64,000 bases of DNA from Azolla caroliniana (lineage: Eukaryota; Plantae; Polypodiophyta): contig JBHGNT010000011.1 of assembly GCA_043228905.1 (NCBI GenBank), positions 18,104,001 through 18,168,000 of the forward strand, in the 5' to 3' direction. The stretch's first letter is position 1, and each line of letters opens with the position of its first letter. Shown here piece by piece: positions 1 to 12,719 of the stretch. Both the position numbers and the translations under genes were made by a program. The notes beneath the pieces were generated by a model that saw only the letters and a program-made list of their open reading frames with translations, did not search any database and was not told the DNA's origin.

Positions 1-255
1 TATTAGTAGGTGGTGTCTTTTGACATTATCTGAGGATCAATTAAGAAGAACCAATATTTTCTCCACGGGTGAAATGAGTGGTTACATATTATATTCTCCA
101 TTAATGTGTAGATCACTCTAAGATAATGAAAATTGCAAGATCCAAAGACTTTTAGGACTTTTATTATAATACAAGTGAACTTAGACCAAGACTAAAATGA
201 ATCTAATGTATGAGGACAGCTATGATATAAGTGAATTAAGATCAAGATAATATAC

Positions 256-2620
256 CACAGCCCCTGATACCAAGACATAGAACTCAGTAGGAGCCTCGTT
301 ATGAAGAATTATGTCCTCTTTGGGTGGGAAATATTCGGCTTCCATTTCGGCCACCTGATGAAAGCATCTCCTATGAGACTCTCTTTTTGTGCATCAATTT
401 AACTCTTTACTATTAAAAAGCTTGGGAACACGTTCTCAAGAGTATAGATAGATGGCATACCAGTTGAAGCAAGAAGTCATAAGAAGTGCCTTGGAACAAG
501 TAAACCTTCTCTATAACAGGTAGAAAGAGGTGTTGAGCAACGTTGGATCGTATGCGCTTCGGCAACTTAGCCATTGTTTTCTCTTGCTGGAGGGACTCGG
601 TCCTATACTTCAACCTCAGATGATCCATCATCTGATTCCGTAACCTCACGGGCAAATGGTTGCGTATTGAAAAGCTCGAAACAGCTTGAATAGAATCCCT
701 CTGGAAAACAAAGAAACAAGATGCATTCCATTCAAACCAAAGAAAAACATGCGCCAGAAACAATGACATCCAAGACGATTTGAAATGACTCGAATAGAAT
801 CTTTGTGTCCAAAACAGCATAAGCAGCAAAAGAGATGATATTGTCAGTCCTTACAAAGTTTTGAGTTCGTGCTGTGTACCGAACGACTAGATTTGTCATG
901 TTACCGATCAAGTAAGAAGTAAGACCAAGATTGAAGAGCATATACATAGCACATAAGACCATCTCCTGGGGGTTCTCAGCATGGAGATCACCATAACCCA
1001 CTGTTGATAGGGTGGTCATGGACCAGTATATGGAGTAGATGTATCTTACCCAGATACTCTCACTCATAAAATCTGGAAGTGCAGCTGATATCCATGTATT
1101 GTTTTGACTATGGCGCCTCTCTGCAATTATGTAAAGGAAACATGCTGCACAGTGTACACACAATAAAGTAACCTACAACACAAAAACAGAGTATATATGA
1201 CACAAGGTATAAACCCTAACTAAACATGAAAGTTACACCTGAAAGGTATATAAACTACCCAAAGCTTGAAAACTTCACACGTATAATTTTAAGCCCGAAA
1301 CTGAAACTTACAGCCAAAAGCTTCATACAACGTATCCAAAAATAGCTGAATCGCACATCCTTTTCGAGTCTGCCAAAACGATGATTTACTAGAGATTTCA
1401 TTATATATAGCACACTCAGTCCCCTGTATATGAGGACTATCCATTGTGTTGAATTTTAACACAAGCTAGCGATAGTAGAATAAATAGAAAAAAAAAAAGA
1501 ATTTAAGGATCGATCGATACATAACACACCTTGCGAACAAGCTACTCACACGTCGAAGCCGCCAGAGACGTAGCATGTTAAGAAGGTTATATACAAGACC
1601 CCGCCCGATCTTTCCAGTCACAACAAGTGCAAGGACTTGGAATGGAATTGAGGATGCAACATCAAGCACAAGCCACGTTGTCATATACCTGGATTTAAGA
1701 AAATAAATGTCTGCAATCTGAGATAATGCATAAAGATCTGAGTGCAAACACTATAATATATCATGTGTGTATGTATGTCTGCATGTGTTATGCTATGTTT
1801 GTATGTGTTATATTGTGTATGTATGTTATCTAAAATGGTCAATTTGTCTAATAATCAATTTACCTTAGAGCTATTTGTGATTTGCAATCCACTAGTAGGT
1901 ATGTTTTTTTATCCAAGTAAGCAACGAAGAAAGTTAGAACTACATCTGTTGCAAAAAATGCATCCACCATGTAATCCACAATGAAGAACCGTTCGGGAAG
2001 GTCTCGAGCAAACCCCAGCTCAAATGGGGATACCCATGCAGAATAAATAACAAGAACAACGAGCAGATTCTGCCACCATCTGCGTGGAGGCAAAAAATTG
2101 AAGAGATAGCATGAATTAGGTTTCTGATCAGCTGCAAAGATCAGCATTATAGAAGTATGGACCCTCAAGACATTGCATGTAATTATTAGCTCAAGCTAGC
2201 ATTAAAATCCAATCTCTTGATGCATATGATGCATGAAGAAACTACTACTAATTCCAAGCCTTTTTCTATTAATATGAATATTGTTATATGGAAAAGCTGA
2301 ATCATCCAAGAAGGAATAAGTGATTATGTTTGATCAGAATTCATGATATTATGCAGTTTTTATATGGTGCCTTGACTTGGAAAGAAGTTGTGATGAGAGG
2401 CTACATATTTCATGATTAATTACCTATAAACTGGGTCATATGCAGAAATGGTACACTTGGGGAGACGAGGGTTGCTCAGCCTCACAGATCCCAACGATGG
2501 CAAGAGGCTACTGGAGAAGCTGTGGAAACTCAGTGCATCTACAGAGTGCTGATCTTCATTGATATGGACCCTTCGGTCCGTCCAGCAGCAAAAATTTGGG
2601 ATAATACAGTGGGATCCCAT
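256..2620 (-). CDS. AKT1: Shaker-type inward-rectifying K+ channel, AKT1-like (5' part; gene continues past the left window edge)
   Basis: GT-AG exons 2620-2424, 2079-1864, 1688-1530, 1369-1312, 1172-855, 700-461 and 354-256 join in frame. They encode N-terminal [19 protein letters not shown]4 [18 protein letters not shown], pore [15 protein letters not shown], the C-linker and the start of the cNMP-binding domain ([29 protein letters not shown]). The subfamily call is from recalled motifs only. Confidence 0.92.
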
Positions 2621-4530
2621 CAACACATTAACACTGCAAAGGGTTTCCATACAAATAAATACATGCATATATACAGTAAATATCAAACATCACTATTATA
2701 TATAGTGTAATTCTACTATATAAAGCAAACAGGTAAAATGATATATATATAATATATATATCTGTTCACTGTAATGATCAGTAGTTGTAGTGCCTAGTGT
2801 GTGAACTGATACTTTATATATATATATATTAATAGCATTAGATATTTCCGGAACTTTTCATTTTCAAGGACTCAATGAGTGTGTAAATCTCTTACTGGCT
2901 TTATAAAGACATGCAAATCTTTAAAATCATTGCTATGGCTTATAATATGCACATATACATAAATGAAGCAAAGCAACCATCTCACAAAACATATTTAAAC
3001 ACAAAATTGTTTATAAAACAGAACACTCTTAATTAAGTAATCATTCGTGCTCACAAACATACATACATACATACATACATACATACATACATGTGTGTGT
3101 GCGTATTTATATACATATATACAAATCACAAGCACATAGAGGAGTTCCCTGACACATACACAGAGACAGAGAGAGAGAATACAGAGTGCTGATGAGCTAA
3201 CAGAAATCTCTACTGTGAAGAAGTTGATGATCTATCTATCTATATATATATGTATACAGTATATATATAACAGATTCATATATAATATATAGATATGTAA
3301 TTATATGGTAGTGTGTGCTTTTCTTTTCCTTTTTCTCTTTTAGTGTGTGTATAGAGATTCGATGTAACGCATTTCGATGTTGGTCTCTCCTCTCTCCTCT
3401 CTCCTCTCTCTCTGCTTTTTCTTTCTTTCTTTCTGTCTGTCTTCTTCTTTGCCTGCCTCCTCCCAAAATACAGAAAACAAAAAACAAAAAAACAGACTCC
3501 TTAATACCAGCAAAAACAAAAAACAACAACAACAAAATTCCTAGGACTGTGGATTTATTCACTCAAAATGTCACACTAATTAATAGAAGCCAACTGAGCA
3601 CTCCACTAATCCGCACCCAAACATTTCCGAGATAAACTTGTACTCATCAGCAAAAGCCCGACCCCGAAAGGTAAGCGAGACAGGGGCCCGGTCTGCATTA
3701 TTAACATGCAACATTTCATCGATCTCCACATGCGAGCGAGCGAGCGAGCACGACCTTATGAACCCCCCCGGCACACACTGACATAGCTTGCGAAAGATGC
3801 CACTTGGCTAGCTAGATAGCTAGTAATTCATAAGTAAAACCCCTAACTTGATACATATTACTCTTGTCTCCTTTAATCTCGTTTCACAATCGGCTTTTAG
3901 AAATTCTGTTCTATCTATGCTACAGGTTGGGCTTTCACAGAAACACACTATTGGGATACACCCCATGCCATTTTACAGTACAATGAACTAGTACCATGTA
4001 CACATGGAAAACATTTTGGGAAAAAAACAACATGGTTTCCTTTTTTCTATTGGTCAGAAGCTTCCTAATTTGCCCATTTACTTCATTTTGCTTGGTCCAA
4101 GCTCTTTTGCTATGCCGCCCATAAATCTTCCATTAAAGACATTGTATTTTAAATTCCGATTTCCCATTTATTTGCAGTACAGAATAACGTTTCCTGTTGT
4201 TCTTAATTGTGTGTGTATATATATAAGGAATACAAGGAAACACCAATGCATCAATCCACAGTGTCATACTGATCAGTAGAATATTGTTACAAGATTCTCA
4301 AATTTCCTTTCACGTACACATTTTACAGGCATTAATGGACCATTGAATGAATGATTCGTGTGTTCAAGAATGATTCCATAATTCGTGAATGAAAAAAGAA
4401 ACCTCAAAGAACGATTGGAATCATTTGTTTTAACTCATATAAAATTTGATATGGTGCATTATATAAAATAGGTAAGAAGCACTATAAAAAAATAAAACAG
4501 GTATAAAATAAACAATTGAGTGGGTGTTAC

Positions 4531-4534
<4 letters not shown>

Positions 4535-4574
<40 letters not shown>
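4535..4574. repeat. (AC)n microsatellite
   Basis: Uninterrupted run of about 20 AC units. Confidence 0.95.
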
Positions 4575-4576
<2 letters not shown>

Positions 4577-6492
4577 TTAGTATCAAATGTATGAGGAAAG
4601 ATCACATTGATTTTGAGATAATTATGATTAGTGATGAGATTATTTATCCGTTGATTAATGTATGTGTATGTATATATTTAGAGGATTGATGAATTAATTG
4701 AGCAATCAGTGGATGATGAGGTGATCAAATATTGGAGTCATTAGCAATTTAACGAAATGGTTAGCTACTAAACGAGGTGACCAAGGATGGAGAGGGAGTG
4801 ATAAGTGATAGATTTAGAGTGATAACCTGAATTCATCATGAGATCAAGTAGCCAAATAGCGATTCGATGAAGCAATTAGCAGGTGAACCAAGGACTAGAT
4901 GGAATTGAGGCTTTTAAAGGTGATGGGGATTAGTGATTGATCACGAAAATAGGTGATTGATTAGAATTTAGGATTAAGTTAATAATGTGTTTTGGGGGCA
5001 TTGCAGATTAATTTTGGCCCTGGTCCAATAAAAGTAACAAGAAAGAGTGAGATGGAATCCATTTTCGTTTGAGCAACTTAGATTTTCCAAATCTTGCGCA
5101 TAATTATTGGATTGGAATGGACACAGAGTTATAAAATAAAAGAAATTTAGAGTTTCGCCGAAAAAAAAAATACAATAAAATGAAAAAAACACAGCGGACA
5201 GAAGTTTGTGTTGGTTTACATGCGTTTTTAAAAACATTTTATGTGTTCGAGTTTCACAGATTTTTCGTTCTAAGAATTCTGCAATTATCTCAACTACTCG
5301 CCTATAAAACCTTAACAAAATGGTGATGATTGATATATATGGTATACTAATGTTGATTTAAGAAATCATTCGATATGTTGAATCAATAAAATCGACAATG
5401 AGTCTTGAACAGAACCTTATACCTATGGTATTCTAAGTTTTCATGGTTATTTATTGTCTACATAGCAGGAAATTTGGCAGGAAAAAGTCTTTTAGATGTT
5501 GCATTATGGTGGCAATTTATTTTATGCTCGTTTATTAAATAGATTAAAGGAGTCTCAAATTCAGTAGAGATATTTGTCTTTTGTTGGCAAAAAAAGAATT
5601 TTTAATTCAGGCTTTTGCTCTATCTCCTTTTGTTAGCCATTCGATGTAAAATGCGCCAATCAACAGTTATTAAAGTATATCATCGAATGGCATCTTCATG
5701 TAAGAAAAATAAAGAAGGAAGGTGTCCTCTCAGAGTTTGAGCTCCATATGCCAATCTGTTATAATGAAAGACGTTTTGCATACTGAAAATAAATACTATA
5801 CAAAATTTAGAGTCCAAACAGCAATTGGTGTACATATATGCTACTTAGGATCCATGGTAAATGAGGACCCTCAAAGGTGTCCTAAACTTGCAAAGGAAGT
5901 AGAAGCTAGATCCCGACCCAACCTAATGTTGTTCTGTAACTAAATCAAATTACCAACCATATAAATCTTTTGATAACTTTCAATAATCACGCAATGTGAT
6001 ATTCGGAAAAACATCATTTGAAAGAACATAATCATTCTCACGGAAGGAAGTAATCGTTCTTACCCTTTTATAAAAGACAAATGGAATAAATAATTATGTT
6101 TTAATCACACCTAATACATCACTCTTAAACTCCCTGTTTTTTTTGTCAAAACCACAACGATTATCATGGTTGTTCCATGTGTTCATATCTTTCTTTTAAA
6201 AGGCAATTTGAAAACAAAAATTTGACCGCCAACAAACCTGAGCACAGATCTAAAAAAAGTAGACATTTTTGCACTATTTAATGAAACGTCTCTTCACGAT
6301 CAAGAAATTGTGTTTCTGGGAAAGACTTACCAACCAATCGTGTATTACCAGGAATCACAGAAAAATGAGCCATTCTGTCTACAAAGACTTCCGTTAGGGA
6401 GAGGGATATGATCACTTTTTTCTTCATCAGGATCCCATTTATTGTTTATTATACATACTTCTTCGCTATGATTTCCTTAGCTCCAAAATGTT

Positions 6493-6526
<34 letters not shown>

Positions 6527-7942
6527 CAATAGTTTGTTCTTCTACTTTTAACTTTCACATTAAAATGATCATCCCATTTTTCAATATTCAGGTAAAGAAA
6601 CTTATGACATTATTGCCATTGCCATAACGTTTAGCACTTGCAGTGTAGGGTTATTGGATGGCATAAAGAACACCCCAGTTCATTCGAATGGAAATATTAA
6701 TAGTGGTAAGGTGGACAGTTAATATTGTAAAGAAGTATGAAGAAGTTTTTTGGCATAGATAATGAGTTGTGAAATAGGAAATGATAATCATGAAGAGAAA
6801 TGGCATGCATGACTTTCCACTATGGTATACATATCTCCAAATGTGTTGAAGTCATAAAGTGAGCACTTGGTACATGTCTCGTGCACGTCCGTCCCTTTGT
6901 TAAGATTGCTCTTCTTGAGGAAAGTGAAATGCGCACTAAAAAGAGGGAAGCAAAATAATTCTATGAACATTATTAGGGGCATTGCATCAAAGAAAACATG
7001 CCTAGTGCAACATGTTCGTCTAAGCAAGAATACAATGACACCCAAGAAAAACAATTGATCGATACAGGTTTGATTTATTGTAGTGGCTCCGAATGATCTA
7101 ATTTAGAAACTTGAGCGTCAGTTTTTCATTATGCAATTTTGATGCATAAGAATATTCACATGTTCTCAGGTTGAAACGATTCCAATTTATTTTGTGGTGG
7201 TTTAGACACCAAGCTTCAAACAGCATAAGGTATAGATGGAAAAGGAATACCATAAGGTCCACATCATTTGCTAAAATTTATATGATATAGTCCAAACCCT
7301 GAAACAGAACTAAAAGTTTCAACCTATCTAAACCCTATATTGAGCTTCCAAACTATTCTTTGTTGAGCACACCAGCATAGTCATTAAATCTGCTGTGACC
7401 CTGCAGATTTTTGCTCTATAATATCACTCTTTTCTATCTCCAAAAGAGGGGTCTGTTTGAATAAGGCGACTCTGTCATGCTGCCAAGCATCAACTCTTCG
7501 AAAATATCTTAGCCCTCTCAGCTATCCACCCATTTATAACGTTTTTAAACGAAAATTTGTATAGGGCCACTTTAAGGGATGACTTTACGATTGGACAGAC
7601 CACATATGTACATATAGCATGAAGCATTCAACTGATTCTTATCTTCCTTACAAAATTTTCAAGTTCTATAAGTAGTACCGTATTTACTTTTTGAAGGGCA
7701 AGTTTTTTGACAAACCGTCATTTGACGGGCAAATTTTTTGGAATACCGTTCTCATGACAGGCAATGTTAGCCGTCAAAAGGCAACACTGAGTAGTACAAA
7801 TCACTCAACCAATGTTCAACTTTGCTTAAATTGTTAATTTTCTATATACAAATCACCCAATCAATGCTTGCTTTTCCTTAAATTTGTTAAATTTCTATAA
7901 TCCACATGAATCATTCCGCTGACACTAAACTTTCCTTGTCTC

Positions 7943-9541
7943 TCACTCTATTGAAGCATCAGCATAGATGTTATATGCACATATGTAAGTTGCAGCTTCT
8001 TTTTCGCCTAACCAGACAGCCTGTTCAAAGGCTTTTCTTCCAAGATCCACATCACCCCATTTCCTACAGGCACCCAACACAGTCCGCCACAACATAACAT
8101 TAGGATGACATGGTGCTATATTCACTATTCCAACTGCTCTTTCTAATTGACCAGCACGGCCAAATAGATCGACCATGCACATGTGGTGCTCAGGTATTGG
8201 AGCGATCCCATAGTCCTTACTCATGGCTATAAAATATGCCTGACCACTATCCACAAAACCTGCATGACTGCAAGCATTAAAAACACTTACAAATGTGACT
8301 TGATCTGGCTTCCGTCCTTCCACTCTCATCTCTTCAAAAGTGCCAAGAACACTTTCAATCTCACCGACTTGTGCATATCCTGATATTAGCGAATTCCAGA
8401 GAACTATATCTCTATAGGGAAGGTTATTAAACACGTCTTGTGCTCTTCTCAGCATACCACATTTGGCATACATATCAACTAAAGCAGTCCCGAGGATAAG
8501 ATCCCTTTTCAATAAACCCTTCCTCAAAATTTCTAAATGCAATTCTTTCCCCTTCTCAGCTGCTCCAACACTACCACAAGCTTTCAAGCTACTAGCAAGT
8601 GTCATTGCATTTGGAGAAAATCCACTATTTTGCATCTCCTTGAAACAATTGAGTGCCTCTTCACCACACTCATGTTGTGCATATCCTGAAATGAGTGCCG
8701 TCCATGTGATGACATCTCGAACCGGGAGGTTAATAAATACTTCCTTAGCATTCTCTAGGAGTCCACATTTTATATACATATCAACAAGTGTACTACCTAG
8801 AACAACATCTCCTTCTAATAGACCTCTTCTTGCAACCTCAGAATGAATTTCTCTTCCTAGATTTGCGGCCTTAATACAACCACAGGCTTTTAAGCTGCAT
8901 GCAAATGTGATTGCATCAGGTGCGACACCTTCTCGCTTCATTTTGTTAAAACAATTGAGTGCCTCTTCACCATGCTCATGTTGTACATATCCAGCAATCA
9001 ATGCATTCCATGAGACTACATCGCGAACATGAAGCTTTTCAAACAGTTCCCGGGCCCTTGATACTGAACCACATTTGGCATACATGTCTACAACTGAGTT
9101 CCACACGAAACGGTTTGTTTTTAACCATCCCAGTTTAGAAATGTGGGCATGAATTTCAGAGCCTTTCGTCATATCTTTCAACTTAGCACAAGCCTTTAAC
9201 AAGGCAACAAAAGTAAATGCACTAGGGTCATAACATTTCTTGACCATTGCCTGATATATACTGAATGCATGTTGTGGCTCCCCATATTTTATGAACTTAT
9301 TCAGAAGAGCATCCCATGAGGATGGAATCCTAAATTCTAATTCTTCAAAGGCTTGCTGAGCAATCTGGATTTGTCCAACATGCATAAGCATGGATATGAG
9401 GTGATATTCTAGTGATTTATGCATATTAAGACCATATTTCTGGATATGTGTATGCATGTGTCCAACATGACGTAAAGGTTTCCCTTTTGTGCACAGACTA
9501 GCTATACATACAAGGTGTTCCACTGAAGGAAGGGGCCGCAT
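7943..9541 (-). CDS. PLS-class pentatricopeptide repeat protein with a C-terminal E-type extension and no DYW domain
   Basis: 532-aa ORF with repeated P-L-S motifs (VVSWNALIAGY, PDAITFACSLKACG, LGSTLVDMYIKCG) and an E-like end (PNVMLWRTVLGACRKWGDVDLGRKAFEQAV). Upstream exons may exist at about 9653-9688 and 10499-10551. Confidence 0.92.
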   Translation of the reverse strand: MRPLPSVEHLVCIASLCTKGKPLRHVGHMHTHIQKYGLNMHKSLEYHLISMLMHVGQIQIAQQAFEELEFRIPSSWDALLNKFIKYGEPQHAFSIYQAMVKKCYDPSAFTFVALLKACAKLKDMTKGSEIHAHISKLGWLKTNRFVWNSVVDMYAKCGSVSRARELFEKLHVRDVVSWNALIAGYVQHEHGEEALNCFNKMKREGVAPDAITFACSLKACGCIKAANLGREIHSEVARRGLLEGDVVLGSTLVDMYIKCGLLENAKEVFINLPVRDVITWTALISGYAQHECGEEALNCFKEMQNSGFSPNAMTLASSLKACGSVGAAEKGKELHLEILRKGLLKRDLILGTALVDMYAKCGMLRRAQDVFNNLPYRDIVLWNSLISGYAQVGEIESVLGTFEEMRVEGRKPDQVTFVSVFNACSHAGFVDSGQAYFIAMSKDYGIAPIPEHHMCMVDLFGRAGQLERAVGIVNIAPCHPNVMLWRTVLGACRKWGDVDLGRKAFEQAVWLGEKEAATYICAYNIYADASIE

Positions 9542-11339
9542 TCCTCCTCCTGAAACATATATCCACCCTTTCCTCTCTTAAAGAAAGCAAAACCCAAGCC
9601 AAAATACAAAGAACTGAACTAATGTTCTTTTGGTCAGTATGCTGCATCTTACCATTGTAATGAAGCAAGGCACATGAACAATTTTCTCCTACGCATTATC
9701 TTAATCATATTAAGATTAAGACCTAAGGAGAACTAGCATATGTACCATGTCATTGGGCACGTGACATTGTGAGAGACACTCTTGACTAGCAAATATGTCA
9801 TCCTTAAGTTCATTCAATGAGAATCTCTATCTTTTTTCTTTTCATTTCTTTTCTTGTTTTCAAAATTCCAAAATATTTTGATCGTGTAACATATACAGAA
9901 TTTATCTTTCTCTTTCTCATTCCAGCAGAAAAACTTCCCAGATCCACTACATCTTCTTCTTCTTCTTCTTTCAGAAAAATATCCTCCATTGGTATTAAAG
10001 AAGTCAATATACAAAACAGTCCACTATTACAATGAATATTGCAACATATTTAAGTAGAAAACTCAACAGTCATGTAGCTTCAGCAATCCAGCCACATTTA
10101 ACATCCACATCAATCAAGGAATTACCACCAATGACCTTTATCAATAGAGTCTATGCCACATATATTACTAAGCATTCCGTCTCTCATTTTGATTAGCCAG
10201 CTTCTCCACAGCACGCCTCAGCCGTGCTTCCAATGTTCACCAAAATACCACCTTTAGAAATCCCTGCAATCTGGTCGAAATGTCATTCAATGAAGAGGAT
10301 CGCAAACTGTGTACCATGCGCCAAGCACGAAATGTAATAAATAAAACTGATATTTTTCTTTTCCAGAAGGAAGCTCCTTTGACTGTTGCAGAAAGAAGTT
10401 ACTGCCACTGGCTAGTTCTATCCCCATTGTAAAGAATTTACTTTCAATCAACATATATAGCCACAATACATGCGCACGGGGACTTCTGGTACACATACCT
10501 ATTGAAGCAGGTCGTGAGGGAGCGGGATGATGATGGCGGCGGAGCTTCCATGGCTGCTGCTTCAGCAAGCAACAATGAAGGAAAAGAACAGGGAGAGGAA
10601 AACCTTTTTAAAAAATTAAGACAAAAACTACAAATGTAACCTTGTTGTGGGTTTTGGCCAAAATTAGAGAGCTTACCCCCTTTTGGCCAATTTTGGTTCT
10701 GAATTAGGGAGATAAAATAAACAGAACCCCTTCTCTCGGACTTTGCTTTTTCTTTATTCCCCCGAATGCCCCCGCAAAACCCTTGTCTCGCCGCGTTATG
10801 CCCCTCGCATTCCCCAGACTTACATTGCCCTAAACCCTGGGCGCTTGACTTGAAGCTGGACTTTGCACCTAAAATCACTCCCGACTAATTGCCGAAGTTG
10901 GAACTCTTTTCTGAATCAGGCCAGGTTGTTGATAATCAATTGTGTTCCTTGCCCACTTGTGTTTTCTGATCAATTAACTTTGTCCAACGTGTGATTAAGT
11001 TGCAGTTTAAGTAAGATTACACTGTCTCGATTATTAGTGAGTGTAGGAGTGTTTCAAATAAGCTTATTTAAGTTAGTACCACTCGAAGTGTCAACAAGCT
11101 TAGGAATGCTTTGACACTCGTACCTATCTATGTCCTTGACATTCTAAGAGTGAATTTTAGCTTAGCCTTGCCAAATACTCCTAGTGGAGAGAGGGGACTC
11201 CATCATTGAAGGGGTGAGTTTGGGGAGGAACTTCTAAAGCAATGCACAATTTGCATATGACTAACATGTACATTTGGATGAATGGCACATTTAATTCTAC
11301 TATAGAAATGTAATCTAGACTCATTAGTCTTCTAATCAA

Positions 11340-12300
11340 TCTTAAAAGGTATGCTTTGCAAGAGATTCATTGTAATCTAACAAAGGGTTGTCCCTAGATT
11401 GATGATTCATGCATGTAAAGTTCATGTTTTATAAATGCAATAACAACATCCATTTGCAACAAATATTTGAAATGTGGAGAAATAGGCTCTTAATTATGGG
11501 ATCCAAATTCATTCCTTTGCCCGAAAACTTAAGCTTGAAACCTGATGTTTGAAGTTTAGTGTTCAACTATCACCCTCGATCAAATCACAACCATGGTCTT
11601 GGATCATAGTAAGAAGTCACACAAACTATTACTACCTACCAAGGAACTGTCATTTCGAAGTGGTTTCCTCTTCCATCATGTAAGAAGATCTTGGGTAGTT
11701 TAATTAGGGATGTCGAATGTCAACATTAAGGCAAACTAGACACAAGAGCTCATACAATTAACCTGACAAATGTTCATTTTGGCGCTTGACATGTTCATTA
11801 ATACCGAGGTTCCATGGATATATAGTGGGCCCAATGCCAAGTAATGTTCACAAGGGAGATGTGAAACCCTAACTTTGATCGGCCTTCTATATATAATGAC
11901 ATATTAAGGATTACTTGGGTTTTTTTGGCAATACCTTTCATATGGCTATTTGCTTAGGTCTTGAGGATGAGGACATATGGCAAATGTCCAAACAGAAGTG
12001 TAGAAAAAGTCCAATCGGAATCACTTTTTCAAGCCCCTCTCTCCATTTCTCATGATTATAATGGACATACATTATAAGGTATATTAGGCAACCCCACCAT
12101 CTCCAAATAGACAATTGACACAACCATTTCAACGGGGCATTCCCAAAATGCTTGCTCAATACTACAATGACATCATGGTCACCAAGCATACTATTGATCC
12201 ACGCATCTCAATCAGGTATTCCCCAACAAAGTTGGTTGACTCAGGAAGTCCCCAAGACAATCGGCTGAAACCATCACAAGGAGGTGTTTCCTTCTAGGCT
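11340..12300. mobile_element. Possible highly degenerate retroelement remnant
   Basis: Stop-riddled intergenic sequence with faint RT/RNase H-like fragments (for example VKPNFDRPFY-like near 11860). No intact ORF or termini. Confidence 0.25.
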
Positions 12301-12719
12301 TCGTTTTATGGGAGCCGTGGAGGAGACAACTCTCATCTCTTTCTCTCATACATACACATAAAATTTGAGGGAACCCGAGTTCAATCCTCGTCAAGGGCGA
12401 GCCCCCCCCCCCCCCACCCCCCCCCCCCCCCCCCGTCTCATAGATCATAACTGGTCTCGTGTGGACGGGGTAGAAAGAGATATCTCTATCTATGAAGTAT
12501 TGTTGCTCTATGAGTTCCTAGTGTATAATGTAGGTTTGAGCCCAACCGTTGAATGTTCACACACCTATGAAACGTCCAACCGTCACATCACATCTCCCTA
12601 CCCTCTGTTTCTCTCTGTGTCTCTGTCTCTCTCTCTCTGTGCCTCTCCTCTCTTGCTCTCTCTCTCTCTCTCTCTCTCTCTCTACACACAGAGAGAAGGG
12701 ATTTCTAGGGTCTTTGGGA

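Noticed and set aside
85-117. Candidate next micro-exon of the K+ channel
   Set aside because: The AG..GT interval is 32 nt, which breaks the frame, so the true next exon is probably outside the window.
7671-7797. Possible hAT or mariner MITE (AGTAGTAC direct repeats, GACGGGCAA sub-repeats, CAACACTG end)
   Set aside because: The two ends are not inverted repeats of each other, so no element can be delimited.
8463-8846. + strand ORFs opposite the PPR genes (also 41768-42583)
   Set aside because: Antisense shadows with no independent motifs.
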